Notes: generated from the letters alone by a model not told the origin. A DNA stretch of 64,000 nucleotides from an uncultured Gammaproteobacteria bacterium (GCA_963771515.1 CAVYTG010000001.1:249357-313356); one strand, 5' to 3'; counted from the first letter of the stretch, positions 1 through 10,032 are shown. Made by a program: numbers and translations.

Positions 1-285
1 TGTAGAGGAAGGTATGCGCGTATTTTGGGAAGAGATGGATGTTTGTTGTTGATTCCCTTCGATTTTCAGTGCCTTAATGGCCTGTTCGTCTCCTTTTATC
101 TGAATCTGTGTTTCCTGATTCGTAGGGGCTTGTTGAATTTGGATTTGATAATGCCCTTGAATAGACAAAACAGGGGATAAAGGGAGTGTTTCTGACCGAG
201 TGGAAGATTGAGCTATGCTATAAGAGGCGTATGAAAAAAGAGAGAGTCCGAGTACAAAACTGCCGAGAGGAAAATGAATTTTCAT
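1..285 (-). CDS. Partial CDS running off the window start; N-terminus MKIHFPLGSFVLGLSLFSYASYSIA looks like a signal peptide, so a secreted hypothetical protein.
   Basis: ATG at 285..283 on the minus strand, preceded by AAGGAGA RBS; open frame to the window edge; hydrophobic N-terminus. Confidence 0.4.
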   Translation of the reverse strand, partial: MKIHFPLGSFVLGLSLFSYASYSIAQSSTRSETLPLSPVLSIQGHYQIQIQQAPTNQETQIQIKGDEQAIKALKIEGNQQQTSISSQNTRIPSST

Positions 286-404
286 AAGGTCTCCTTTGTA
301 AGCTAAGAAATAAGCGATCTGAAAAATGGTTTACATCAATTCTGATAATGATTATATTTTAGCTTTTGGTTTTTTGATTTTCAAAAACATGGAGCTTTTA
401 TCCT

Positions 405-1889
405 ATGTCGAAGGAGAACTCCTCTTCAAATTTAGCGCATTCTGTGATTCCAGTCATATTGTCAGGTGGCTCTGGAAGCCGGCTTTGGCCTTTATCCAGG
501 GAAAGTTACCCTAAACAATTATTAAGGTTGGTGGGCCAGAATAGTTTGTTACAGGATACAGCGATCCGGGCAAAATCCGTTACACCTGAAAAAATCATTA
601 TGATTTGTAATGAGGCACATCGTTTTTTAATTGCCGCTCAATTGCAGGAAATTGGTTTGGAGGCGCCTCATATTATTTTGGAGCCCATGGGTAAGAATAC
701 AGCGCCAGCCATTGCTATCAGTGCATTTTATGCGTTAGCCCATTGTACTCAAGAAAATCCTTTGTTATTAGTTTTGCCAGCTGATCATGTCATTCGGGAT
801 ATCCATTATTTTACAGAAGCGGTTCATCTGGGTGAACCTTATGCGAAGCAAGGAAAATTGGTGACATTTGGGGTTGTTCCCCATAAGCCGGAGACTGGGT
901 TTGGGTATATTGAAGGGGGCGCAAGTTTAAGCAGTCAGGCTGAGGTTCGGCAAGTTGCGCGGTTTGTTGAAAAACCTGATTTGGAAACGGCGAAAGCGTA
1001 TGTTGCTTCTGGTGATCATTACTGGAATAGTGGCATTTTTATGTTTCAGGCCAAGGCCTACCTGGATGCGTTGGAAAAACATTCTCCAGATATTTTTAGC
1101 ATTTGTAAAAAGGCGTTTGAGAAAACCCTGGAAGAATTAGATTTTTGTCGTCTGGATCCAGGCATTTTTAATCAATGCCCAAGTGACTCTATCGACTATG
1201 CAGTGATGGAAAAGGCAGATAATGTGGTGGTGGTGCCTATGGAGGCAGGTTGGAGCGATATGGGATGCTGGACTGCCATGAGTGAAATTTCTGATGCGGA
1301 TGCGCAAGGGAATGTTATTAAAGGGAATGTGCATATTGAACAGGTGTCTAATTGTTATTTGCATAGTGAAACACGCTTGTTGGCAGCAGTGGGTGTGGAA
1401 GATCATGTTGTCATTGAAACGCCTGACGCTGTGTTGGTCGCGCATAAAAATCGGGCACAGGATGTAAAATCCATCGTCAGTCAGCTGAAAGAAAAAGGAA
1501 AGACAGAATCTATTGTCCATCAGAAAGTGGATCGTCCTTGGGGGTACTATGAATCTATTTATCAGGCATCTGGCTTTCAGGTGAAGCGTATCGGAGTATA
1601 TCCGGGGCAAAGACTTTCCTTACAGATGCATCATCATCGTGCAGAGCACTGGGTGATTGTTAAAGGACGTGCGCGTGTGGTTCGGAATGAAGAGACTTTA
1701 GAACTGGATGAAAATCAATCTGTCTATATTCCTAAAGAAGCTAAACATCGCATTGAAAATATTGGGCCAGAGCTGTTAGAGTTTGTTGAAGTGCAATACG
1801 GAAGCTACTTGGGGGAGGATGATATTGTGCGCTTTCAAGATGATTATGGCAGGGAAAAAAAAAGGACAGCAACCGTCGACTTGGAATAG
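405..1889 (+). CDS. manC: Bifunctional mannose-1-phosphate guanylyltransferase / mannose-6-phosphate isomerase (type II PMI, ManC/CpsB/XanB family).
   Basis: N-terminal nucleotidyltransferase motif ILSGGSGSRLWPLS; C-terminal cupin with QMHHHRAEHWVIVKG; 494 aa, typical length. Confidence 0.85.
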   Translation: MSKENSSSNLAHSVIPVILSGGSGSRLWPLSRESYPKQLLRLVGQNSLLQDTAIRAKSVTPEKIIMICNEAHRFLIAAQLQEIGLEAPHIILEPMGKNTAPAIAISAFYALAHCTQENPLLLVLPADHVIRDIHYFTEAVHLGEPYAKQGKLVTFGVVPHKPETGFGYIEGGASLSSQAEVRQVARFVEKPDLETAKAYVASGDHYWNSGIFMFQAKAYLDALEKHSPDIFSICKKAFEKTLEELDFCRLDPGIFNQCPSDSIDYAVMEKADNVVVVPMEAGWSDMGCWTAMSEISDADAQGNVIKGNVHIEQVSNCYLHSETRLLAAVGVEDHVVIETPDAVLVAHKNRAQDVKSIVSQLKEKGKTESIVHQKVDRPWGYYESIYQASGFQVKRIGVYPGQRLSLQMHHHRAEHWVIVKGRARVVRNEETLELDENQSVYIPKEAKHRIENIGPELLEFVEVQYGSYLGEDDIVRFQDDYGREKKRTATVDLE

Positions 1890-1892
1890 ATG

Positions 1893-1971
1893 ACATACCC
1901 TAGGGTGTGCCCTCATTTGCTTCCATTACCTACATTTTGAACTCAAAGAATAAATTGATGACACTCTCTAG
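1893..1971. repeat. Partial copy of the AT-rich intergenic repeat family (3' core part ccattacc.acattttgaactcaaa, ends gacactctctag).
   Basis: Shares the core 3' segment with copies at 23038, 24651, 26302, 33439 and 53986; near-palindrome cataccctagggtgtg at the manC stop. Confidence 0.5.
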
Positions 1972-1979
1972 TATATAAG

Positions 1980-3074
1980 ATGCGTATTTTACATATTTAT
2001 AAAAGTTACTTTCCGGATACGGTTGGCGGTATTGAGCAAGGTATTAAAAATATTATTGAATCAACTCAAAGAGCTGGGGTTGAGCATGCTATTTTAACCT
2101 CGAGTCAGAATGCTTCGACAGAAGAAGAGGGTGGCGTTACGATCACACGTTTACCGACAACAGTATCGATTTCTTCTTGCCCTGTCAGCATTTCAATGTT
2201 GTTTAAATATCGTGCTTTAGTGGAGCCATTTGATTTACTGCACTATCATTTTCCCTGGCCCTTTGCTGAGGCCTTACATGTAATTTGTCAGATAAAAAAG
2301 CCTTTTATTGTCAGTTACCAAAGCGATATTGTTAAACAAAAAATTTTAAAACAATTCTATTGGCCTTTTTTTAAACGATTCATGTCTCAGGCGAGCTGTA
2401 TTGTAGCAGCTTCTCAAAATTATCTGGCCACGAGCCGGGATTTAAAACCTTTTCTATCCAGATGTGATGCTATTCCAGTTGGGATTGCAGATTTACCTGC
2501 GCCTGAGTCTCAAAAGGTTACGCATTGGCGTTCTGTGGCGGGTGAAGGGTTTTTGTTGTTTGTGGGGGTGCTTCGTTACTATAAAAGTTTGCATATTCTA
2601 TTGGATGCGCTGAAAGGGCAGCAGGTTCCTGTGGTGATTGCTGGGGATGGTCCTTGTGGAGAAGCACTGAAAGCACAAGCCCAGAAAAATGGACTCACTT
2701 CAGTGCAGTTTGTGGGTAGAGTTTCAGATGCAGATAAGCTGGCATTGTTACATTTGTGTCGAGGTGTTGTATTACCTTCAAGTCAACGTTCAGAGGCTTA
2801 TGGGGTGGTTTTGGTTGAAGGTTTGGCGGCGGGGAAACCTTTGATTTCAACTGAAATTGGTACCGGAACCAGCTTTATTAATCAGCATGGTGAAACCGGA
2901 TGGGTTGTCCAGCCCGATGCGCCTGATGAATTGTGGAAAGCGATTGATGCTCTGTTTTCAGAGGATGCGCTAGCCAAAAAAATGGGTGAGGCAGCCAGGG
3001 CACGATATGAAGCGCTTTTTACTGCTGAAAAGATGGGGAAAGCCTATCAGGCATTATATGAGAAAATATTGTGA
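1980..3074 (+). CDS. Glycosyltransferase, GT4 (GT-B) family.
   Basis: C-terminal EAYGVVLVEGLAAGKPLISTEIGTG motif (E-x7-E region of GT4); start overlaps the next gene stop (operon). Confidence 0.75.
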   Translation: MRILHIYKSYFPDTVGGIEQGIKNIIESTQRAGVEHAILTSSQNASTEEEGGVTITRLPTTVSISSCPVSISMLFKYRALVEPFDLLHYHFPWPFAEALHVICQIKKPFIVSYQSDIVKQKILKQFYWPFFKRFMSQASCIVAASQNYLATSRDLKPFLSRCDAIPVGIADLPAPESQKVTHWRSVAGEGFLLFVGVLRYYKSLHILLDALKGQQVPVVIAGDGPCGEALKAQAQKNGLTSVQFVGRVSDADKLALLHLCRGVVLPSSQRSEAYGVVLVEGLAAGKPLISTEIGTGTSFINQHGETGWVVQPDAPDELWKAIDALFSEDALAKKMGEAARARYEALFTAEKMGKAYQALYEKIL

Positions 3075-4180
3075 TGCGAATCGGGCTCAGCTTAACTCCT
3101 CTGTTTAAACAAAATCGAGATGGAATTTTCACCTATACCCAATCCTTGTTTGAACAGTTTTCAAGTCGTGCACATACCGTGGTTCCCGTCAGTTTTTTAC
3201 GCAACGAAAACGTTTCAATCCAGGAGCATGTGGATTTTTTAGGACACTATGAGCTTTGCTTGTTGAAACAGCTCAGTGGACTTTCAGTTAAACCATTGGA
3301 CGACCTGGAAAATCAGATAGATATATATCATGCGACAGATTATCGATTCATACGACTTAAACAGAAACCCTTAATTGCGACTTTACATGATGCTGTGCCC
3401 TTGAGAAATGCGCAGTGGGCCAATCCAGCTTTAAGAAGGGTTAAGAATATTTTAATGAAGCAGGCTGCGAAGTGGGTGGATGGTGTCATTGCCGTTTCTC
3501 ATGCAGAAGTGCCTGAGTTGGTGGAATGCTGGGGTGTAGAAGCTTCTAAAATTTCCGTTGTCCATTCCGGCGTGTCAGATTTTTGGCACCAGTCTGTGCC
3601 TTCCGATGAGAAACAAACTCTGCTAGAAAAGCATGGGTTGCCTTCCGCATTTATTTTATTTGTGGGGACTTTGCAACCCAGAAAAAATGTGGAGCGTTTA
3701 CTTGATGCATTTAAACGACTGCCCGAGCCGCTTAAAAAAAATTACCCGATGGTGTTGGTTGCTCAAAGAGGTTGGTCTGATGAGGGCGTGATCAAACGGT
3801 TACAGCCAGAAATAGAAAAAGGACAGGCTTATTGGTTACAGAATGTTTCAAAGGAAGCGTTACGCTGTTTTTATCAGAGTGCTACTGTGTTTGCTTTTCC
3901 CAGTTTATATGAAGGGTTTGGGTTGCCTGTGTTAGAAGCTTTTGCATCCAGGGTTCCTGTGTTGACTTCAAATGTTTCTGCCTTACCTGAAGTGGCAGGT
4001 GAGGCTGCTGTACTGGTGGATCCTTATCAGGTGGAAGAGATGACAGAGAAATTGCAACAGTTGTTAACCTCTGAATCTTTAAGAGCAGAGTGCATTCAAA
4101 AGGGCATTGAGCGAGTTAAACAATTTACCTGGGAGCATTGCGCCCAAAACACGCTAGATGTCTATAGGAAGTTTTTATGA
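3071..4180 (+). CDS. Glycosyltransferase, GT4 family.
   Basis: YEGFGLPVLEAFASRVPVLTSNVSALPEVAG motif; 4-nt overlaps with both neighbours. Confidence 0.75.
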   Translation: MMRIGLSLTPLFKQNRDGIFTYTQSLFEQFSSRAHTVVPVSFLRNENVSIQEHVDFLGHYELCLLKQLSGLSVKPLDDLENQIDIYHATDYRFIRLKQKPLIATLHDAVPLRNAQWANPALRRVKNILMKQAAKWVDGVIAVSHAEVPELVECWGVEASKISVVHSGVSDFWHQSVPSDEKQTLLEKHGLPSAFILFVGTLQPRKNVERLLDAFKRLPEPLKKNYPMVLVAQRGWSDEGVIKRLQPEIEKGQAYWLQNVSKEALRCFYQSATVFAFPSLYEGFGLPVLEAFASRVPVLTSNVSALPEVAGEAAVLVDPYQVEEMTEKLQQLLTSESLRAECIQKGIERVKQFTWEHCAQNTLDVYRKFL

Positions 4181-5619
4181 AAAAACATCGCGTCCTTTTT
4201 GATCTGGCATTAGCTTTACATGGTTACTCAGGTATTCCTCAAGATACGCGAATGATGTTTTTGTCTCTTTGTCAGGCGAATCAGGTAGATTTAACAGGGC
4301 TGGTGAGTGGGATGTCGCCTAAGGTTTCTGTTTGCGCATTGGAGCGTGATTTTAGCGACCCGATTAAGGCAGCAGAGCGTTTCTCTTATTTTATTGCAGC
4401 ACTAAAACAGAAGTCTTGGCCAGTCACGAGTAAGTATCGGGCATTACATTTCATAAAGCATGCAAAATTAAAAATGCAGGCGGCTTTCAATTGCTTTAAG
4501 CAAAATTATTCCCTTTATCCCTATCATCCCCAGTTTTTGGATTTTTTATGGCAAACAGGTTTTGATGGTGCAGTACCTGGGGAGTATAGAGACATTGTAT
4601 TAAAGCAATCATGGATGGCTTCCAATTTTTCAAAATTTTTTGTTAAGACGGCATTGTTAACCCATTTGCCGATGCCCAGGTTGAATACCGAGGGGTATGA
4701 TTTTGCCGTGTTCCAGGATGGAACTCCAGTATGTCCGAGAGTTTCCCAGGGTACTACGCCGATTGTTCGGTATTATGATGCGGTACCCTTGGTTTACGCA
4801 CATACCATTGCAAACCCGGAAATGGGTCCGGCATTGCATGCGGCTGGCATTCGATCTGCTCAAAAACGCGGGGCATATTTTGCTTGCGACTCTCTTCCTG
4901 CAGAAGCTGAGTTGTTAAGGATCGTACCAGAATTGGAAGGGAAAACCTTTGTGGTACCTGTTGGTGTCATTGCAAATAAAGAAAAGGTATCTGAAGATCG
5001 CCCATTGGTTGAAAGAATCATTCTTGAGCATGCTGCATCCAAGGCGCTGAAGTTTCAGGGCGAAATTGGAAGCTATATCATGAGTGTTTCCACATTGGAG
5101 CCGAGGAAAAATTTCATTACCCTGATACGTGCGTTTGAAAAAATCAGGTTAACACAGGATCCTAACTTAAAGCTGCTGATTGTGGGGAGCCAGGGTTGGC
5201 AGTGTGAAGATATTTTAGACGCAATGCGCCCACATATCGAGGCAGGAAACTTGTTTCATTTACATAAAGTACCAGACTGGGCGCTGAGAATACTTTATGC
5301 CCATGCGCGTGCCTTTGTGTTTTCAAGCTATTATGAAGGATTTGGCATTACGCCCGTAGAGGCTTCTATCGCAGGGTGTCCTGTTATTGTTTCCGATATC
5401 CCGGTACATCGTTGGGTGATGGGGGAGGGTGCCTTATATTGCGACCCTTATGATTTGCATTCAGTGAGTGATGTGATTGAGCAGTTGCTTTATTCAGAGC
5501 ATGCAGCCGCATTAGCTGAAGCTTTGAAAGCAAAAGCCCGAGTCAATGCAGAAAGATTTTCATTGGCTGCTGTTGCGGAACGTTGGGTGGAGGCTTTTGA
5601 TAAAATAGCGGTGTTATAG
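4177..5619 (+). CDS. Glycosyltransferase with a C-terminal GT4 domain and a ~200-aa N-terminal extension of unknown function.
   Basis: C-terminal YEGFGITPVEASIAGCPVIVSDIP motif; N-terminal half has no recognisable motif. Confidence 0.65.
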   Translation: MKKHRVLFDLALALHGYSGIPQDTRMMFLSLCQANQVDLTGLVSGMSPKVSVCALERDFSDPIKAAERFSYFIAALKQKSWPVTSKYRALHFIKHAKLKMQAAFNCFKQNYSLYPYHPQFLDFLWQTGFDGAVPGEYRDIVLKQSWMASNFSKFFVKTALLTHLPMPRLNTEGYDFAVFQDGTPVCPRVSQGTTPIVRYYDAVPLVYAHTIANPEMGPALHAAGIRSAQKRGAYFACDSLPAEAELLRIVPELEGKTFVVPVGVIANKEKVSEDRPLVERIILEHAASKALKFQGEIGSYIMSVSTLEPRKNFITLIRAFEKIRLTQDPNLKLLIVGSQGWQCEDILDAMRPHIEAGNLFHLHKVPDWALRILYAHARAFVFSSYYEGFGITPVEASIAGCPVIVSDIPVHRWVMGEGALYCDPYDLHSVSDVIEQLLYSEHAAALAEALKAKARVNAERFSLAAVAERWVEAFDKIAVL

Positions 5620-5633
5620 GGTGTGTCCTTTTC

Positions 5634-5753
5634 TCGTCATTGCGAGGAGCGAAGCGACGTGGCAATCCAGGCCTAAACTTATTAAAGCCACTTAAACTTA
5701 ATCCTTTGATAGAGGCTCCTGCCTGGATTGCCGCGCTTCGCTCGCAATGACGG
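5634..5753. repeat. GC-rich ~120-bp imperfect palindromic element (copy 1): tcgtcattgcgaggagcgaagcgacgtggcaatccagg ... cctggattgccgcgcttcgctcgcaatgacgg.
   Basis: Left and right arms are reverse complements with small indels; same left arm recurs at 15148, 16326 and 46124; preceded by tagggtgtgtcc. Confidence 0.8.
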
Positions 5754-6074
5754 GGGAGTAGTTACCCAAGGTTTTTTCTGACATGATTTTTGGTTCTAAT
5801 GCAAAGTGCTGCTCTTGGCTATAAAAAAGTAGACTTTGTGTATAAAAACCAGTATGTTGATCTTCATTGGGGGAGGAGGATATAGCTAAGTTCCTATTAA
5901 TTTGTCACATCTGACGGCCATTTTCCCTTCAAACAAAGCGCAGAAAAACTCACGACAGGACGACTATACTTCGTTTTTCAGAATTTTGTTTGAAGAAAAA
6001 CAGTTTGTCATATGTCGCAAATTTATAGTGACACGCCCTAGCTATAAACCTAAACTCAGCAGTTTTATACAAAT

Positions 6075-8924
6075 TTGCCTGATACCCTGACCATGCTCTA
6101 TCATTCATCGGGTTCAAATATGAAACAAAAAATAACATCTACTGCTGTAATACTTCCTTCAAATCCACAAAATGCGCCAGAGGATCTAATCCATCAAGCA
6201 GAGATGAATAGTCAACAGATGCACTATCGTCCTGCCGTTGAAAATTACAAGCTCGCCTTGGCAGGTTATCTTTCAATGGGTAACCAGATAAAAACAGCAG
6301 AAACTTACATAAAAATCGCCAATACATACAAGGCCATGTCGCTAGAGCGGGAAGCTGTCTCCCATTATGAAAAGGCCATTAACGCTTGTCTTTTACTCTC
6401 TCCTGAAAACAATGCAATCCTGTTAGCCACTATCTATGAAAAACTTTCCGACATCTGCTTGAACACAGGACGTTATGAGGACGCAGTGGCATTTTTTCAG
6501 AGCGCGGCTGAAAGCTATGCTTCAGCATTGAGTCATAGCCAACAAAAACAAGGAAAAGATCATCCTGATACAGCAAAAATTTGGAGTCAATTGGGAGGCT
6601 TTTATAAACGTTGGAAAAAAAAGAAAACAGCCATTGGTTGCTATGAAAAAGCCTTGGAAATTAACATTGCATATTTCGGTGAAAACCATATAGAGACAGC
6701 TAACTCACTGAGGGATTTAGCCTCTGTTAGAAGGTCGGATGCCTATTATTTTTATGATGCCAGATCACGTTACGAAAAGGCACTTTTGATCACTGAGAGG
6801 GAGCTTGGTAATGAACATCCTGAAATGGCTCACATCTATTCTGAGCTTGCTCTCTTCTATGAATCACAAATGCATTATGATGAAGCGATTGAATACTATC
6901 AAAAAGCTGCCAATATTTATGAAACACATGCAGACGATAAAATCATTGAACTGGCTGGCCTTTATCAAGACATTGGATTCGTCTATAGAAAACAAAATGA
7001 CTATGCTAATGCGTCTGAGTTTTATGAAAAAGCATTAGATGTTATCCGTAACCTAGATAACAAAAATCACCATTTTATTGGAGAGCTTTATATTAGCTTG
7101 GGTAATGTCTTTTATTACGTGCTTGAACAATGGGGTAAAGCGGCAAAGTTCTTCGAAACTGCTCAAAAAAACCTTCAAAAAACAGGTTACAACACTGTGG
7201 CTTTATACTCCAGCTATATTGCACTTGCAAACAGCGCTAGAGCTGAAGGCGATTATGATAAGGCGATTAACCTATGCGAGAATGCTTTATCTATCAACCA
7301 TAAGCTCATAGTAGATGATGGATCTCTTGGTGCAAAGAGTGAGCGAGAAATCACGATCTACGAAATAATGTCCAAGTGTTATCGCTCAAAAGGACAATCA
7401 GAAGAAGCAAATACTTTTTTTATCAAAGCAGCAAAACTTGCTATGCAGCTATTGAAACATCGATTAACCTATTGTGGTGATAATGAAGTGGTGATTGCCA
7501 ACAGTTATCTAAACCTGGTATCTCTTGCGCGAAGTATAAATCTATTTAGAAACGCCATAGAATGGATGGAGTATGTAATAGATAGAAACCTTGGAACACC
7601 TTTGGAAAACAGCCGGCATACTTTCAGCCTTTATATTAACTTAGGAAACATATACCTGGCTCAAGGCACCCCGGATAAAGCGCTTCAGTCCTTCGAAAAA
7701 GCAATGCGTATTGGGAAAAAACTGCCTGGAGAAAAACACATTAATATGACCCTCATTTATGAGAGTATGGGGAAAGCTTATCAAAGAAAAGTTCAGATGA
7801 GGGAAGCAATAGATTTTTACGAAAAAGCGCTACAGATCTCCACTGAAAAGCTTGGAAAACAGAACTTGACAGTCGTTAAAAAAACTATTCAGCTCGCCTC
7901 CACTTACGTAACAGCAAAAGAATATCTCAAGGCTATTAGCTTGCTTGAGGAAACCTTGCGCGCTTGTAAAAATCTCTTAGATGAGGATGAAAGTGCAATA
8001 CTCATCTCGATATACGAGAAACTTGGTTTTACTTATTTTCACAAGAGAGAACATGAGAGTGCCATTGAAAATTTTTTAAAGGTTTTAGACCTTATTGGCG
8101 ACAAAAAATCTTCGATCAAAGGCGATACTTATCATGCTTTGGCTTGTTCTTATGACTGGATTCAAAAGTGGGAAAAAGCCAAAGTCTATTTTGAAAAATA
8201 CATCCAATTTTCAAAAGAAAACATGCCTGAAATTCCTAGCCTCAAGTTCTATAACTATATGCTTACTGCTTGTACATATATTGGAGATTTTAAAAAAATC
8301 GCTCCTTTTCTTCAAGATTGCCTGACGCTTTTACTCCACCAGGATGAATCCAGTTATTCAATTAGCCTGGGGCATGTTTTTCGCAATCTTGGGTTTCTTT
8401 TTATTAAAAATCAACAGTTTATAGAGTCGAGCGCCTGCCTTGAGAGAGCTCTTAATATTCTGAAGCGCTCTTTAGAAGAAACAGATGAGATAGTGATAAG
8501 TGTTCGGCTAGAGCTTGGAGGCAGCTACAGTGGGAACCATCAGTATGATGAGGCGATTGAATGTTATCATATTCTCTTGGCTAATTTGATGAAACTAGAA
8601 CTATATTACGATGGTTATTCGCGTTATGTTGCCGTACTCGAAAGGCTGGGCTTAGCCTATGAGAAGAAAAAAGACTATGTATCAGCCATTGAGTGCTATG
8701 AGCAACTTCAAGAAATTTATACGAAATACCCCGAATATGAAAAATTGGTTCCATTGATGAAAGAGTACATCTTGAATGTCAAAGCGGAAGCAGATTGCAT
8801 CACTGATGCACAATATGCAGAAGCAGAAGCAGAAGCAGAAGCAGAAGCAGAAGTAAATCGAGAGTACCAGGAAGATACCGAAGACGATGAAAGCAGCAGC
8901 CAAAGATCTTTAGCTTTTTTTTAG
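6075..8924 (+). CDS. Large TPR-repeat protein (kinesin-light-chain-like TPRs) with an acidic C-terminus (AEAEAEAEAEAE...EDTEDDESSS); the true start may be an internal Met (e.g. MKQKITS).
   Basis: Many 34-aa repeats with the YxxAxxxYxxA pattern (e.g. AHIYSELALFYESQMHYDEAIEYYQKAANIYE); AT-rich relative to neighbours. Confidence 0.6.
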   Translation: MPDTLTMLYHSSGSNMKQKITSTAVILPSNPQNAPEDLIHQAEMNSQQMHYRPAVENYKLALAGYLSMGNQIKTAETYIKIANTYKAMSLEREAVSHYEKAINACLLLSPENNAILLATIYEKLSDICLNTGRYEDAVAFFQSAAESYASALSHSQQKQGKDHPDTAKIWSQLGGFYKRWKKKKTAIGCYEKALEINIAYFGENHIETANSLRDLASVRRSDAYYFYDARSRYEKALLITERELGNEHPEMAHIYSELALFYESQMHYDEAIEYYQKAANIYETHADDKIIELAGLYQDIGFVYRKQNDYANASEFYEKALDVIRNLDNKNHHFIGELYISLGNVFYYVLEQWGKAAKFFETAQKNLQKTGYNTVALYSSYIALANSARAEGDYDKAINLCENALSINHKLIVDDGSLGAKSEREITIYEIMSKCYRSKGQSEEANTFFIKAAKLAMQLLKHRLTYCGDNEVVIANSYLNLVSLARSINLFRNAIEWMEYVIDRNLGTPLENSRHTFSLYINLGNIYLAQGTPDKALQSFEKAMRIGKKLPGEKHINMTLIYESMGKAYQRKVQMREAIDFYEKALQISTEKLGKQNLTVVKKTIQLASTYVTAKEYLKAISLLEETLRACKNLLDEDESAILISIYEKLGFTYFHKREHESAIENFLKVLDLIGDKKSSIKGDTYHALACSYDWIQKWEKAKVYFEKYIQFSKENMPEIPSLKFYNYMLTACTYIGDFKKIAPFLQDCLTLLLHQDESSYSISLGHVFRNLGFLFIKNQQFIESSACLERALNILKRSLEETDEIVISVRLELGGSYSGNHQYDEAIECYHILLANLMKLELYYDGYSRYVAVLERLGLAYEKKKDYVSAIECYEQLQEIYTKYPEYEKLVPLMKEYILNVKAEADCITDAQYAEAEAEAEAEAEVNREYQEDTEDDESSSQRSLAFF
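8817..8852. repeat. Hexanucleotide SSR (GCAGAA)x6 inside the TPR gene, encoding (AE)6.
   Basis: Perfect 6 x 6-bp tandem units read directly. Confidence 0.9.
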
Positions 8925-8928
8925 TGCG

Positions 8929-10032
8929 TTAGGCTTTACTTTTTAAGGCGGCTACAATTTGTTTGGCTTGCGCTTGAGTAAGGTGTGGCCCCATCGGCAA
9001 GCTAAGTACTTCCTTATGAATTTGTTCACTAATAGGGAAAGCGTTATTTTTCATCGCCTGATAAGCTTTTTGTTGATGAGGCGGGATGGGGTAGTGGATC
9101 ATCGTTTGGATACCTTCTTCCAGTAATTGTGCTTGTAGCTTTTCCCGTGCTTGAGTCCGAATAATATATTGGTGCCAGACCGAGTTTGCATAATCCGGGA
9201 CGTAAGGGAGGGTTAATGCAGGTAAGGAAGCGAGATGTTCTGTATAAAAGGTTGCCAGTTGGTTTCGACGAGCATTCCATTCATCCAGATGTTTCAATTT
9301 GACCCGAAGCAAGGCAGCTTGAATTTCATCCAGGCGGGAGTTCGTGCCTTGCGTTTCATTGTGGTATTTTTGTTTGGAACCATAATTGCGTAGCATCCTG
9401 ATTTTCTCAGCCAGATCAGTATCTTGTGTGGTCACGGCGCCGCCATCACCAAAAGCACCTAAATTTTTGCCCGGGTAAAAACTGAAACCGGCTGCATCGC
9501 CTAATGAACCAGCTTTTCTACCTCGATATGTTGCGCCGTGCGCTTGTGCGCAATCTTCTATGAGTTTTAGCCCATACTGGCTTGCGATCGATGAAATGGG
9601 ATCCATATCTACGGTTTGGCCATACAAATGCACAACCAGGATCGCTTTGGTTTTATCCGTGATGGCGGACTTAATGAGCGTAGGGTCGATGTTGTAAGTT
9701 TTGATATCAGGTTCAACGGGGATGATTTTGGCGTTGACATTTGAAACGGCTAGCCATGTTGCAATGTAGGTGTTAGAGGGCACAATCACCTCATCGCCTT
9801 CTCCTATGCCATAGGCTTGCAGGATTAACTCCAGGGCTTGTAGGCCATTGGCAACCCCAATTGCATGTTGAGTGCCGCAATACGCTGCAAATTCGGCTTC
9901 AAAAGCAGCAAGTTCATTGCCAAGCAAATACCATCCAGAATTCATGGTTCTTTGGTAGGCTTCATCCAGATCAGCTTTCAGTTCAATATAGGCGGCTTTA
10001 AGGTCCAGAAATGGAATGGTTGGATAACTCAT
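8929..10032 (-). CDS. DegT/DnrJ/EryC1/StrS-family PLP-dependent sugar aminotransferase (GDP-perosamine-synthase-like).
   Basis: 367 aa; [19 protein letters not shown] region with a Lys-containing fold-type I motif; adjacent gmd and manC suggest GDP-4-keto-6-deoxymannose as substrate. Confidence 0.8.
   Translation of the reverse strand: MSYPTIPFLDLKAAYIELKADLDEAYQRTMNSGWYLLGNELAAFEAEFAAYCGTQHAIGVANGLQALELILQAYGIGEGDEVIVPSNTYIATWLAVSNVNAKIIPVEPDIKTYNIDPTLIKSAITDKTKAILVVHLYGQTVDMDPISSIASQYGLKLIEDCAQAHGATYRGRKAGSLGDAAGFSFYPGKNLGAFGDGGAVTTQDTDLAEKIRMLRNYGSKQKYHNETQGTNSRLDEIQAALLRVKLKHLDEWNARRNQLATFYTEHLASLPALTLPYVPDYANSVWHQYIIRTQAREKLQAQLLEEGIQTMIHYPIPPHQQKAYQAMKNNAFPISEQIHKEVLSLPMGPHLTQAQAKQIVAALKSKA

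Noticed and set aside
955-1610. ORFs 955..1140 (+), 1137..1610 (-) and 1282..1467 (+) inside manC.
   Set aside because: They overlap a well-supported gene (manC) in alternative frames or on the opposite strand. Low-complexity translations; no RBS.
4657-5042. ORFs 4657..4863 (-), 4697..4918 (+) and 4860..5042 (-) inside the third glycosyltransferase.
   Set aside because: Antisense or out-of-frame overlaps of a gene with clear GT4 motifs; considered spurious.
8682-8903. Minus-strand ORF encoding CFCFCFCFCF.
   Set aside because: Antisense reading of the (GCAGAA)6 SSR inside the TPR gene; an artefact of the repeat.
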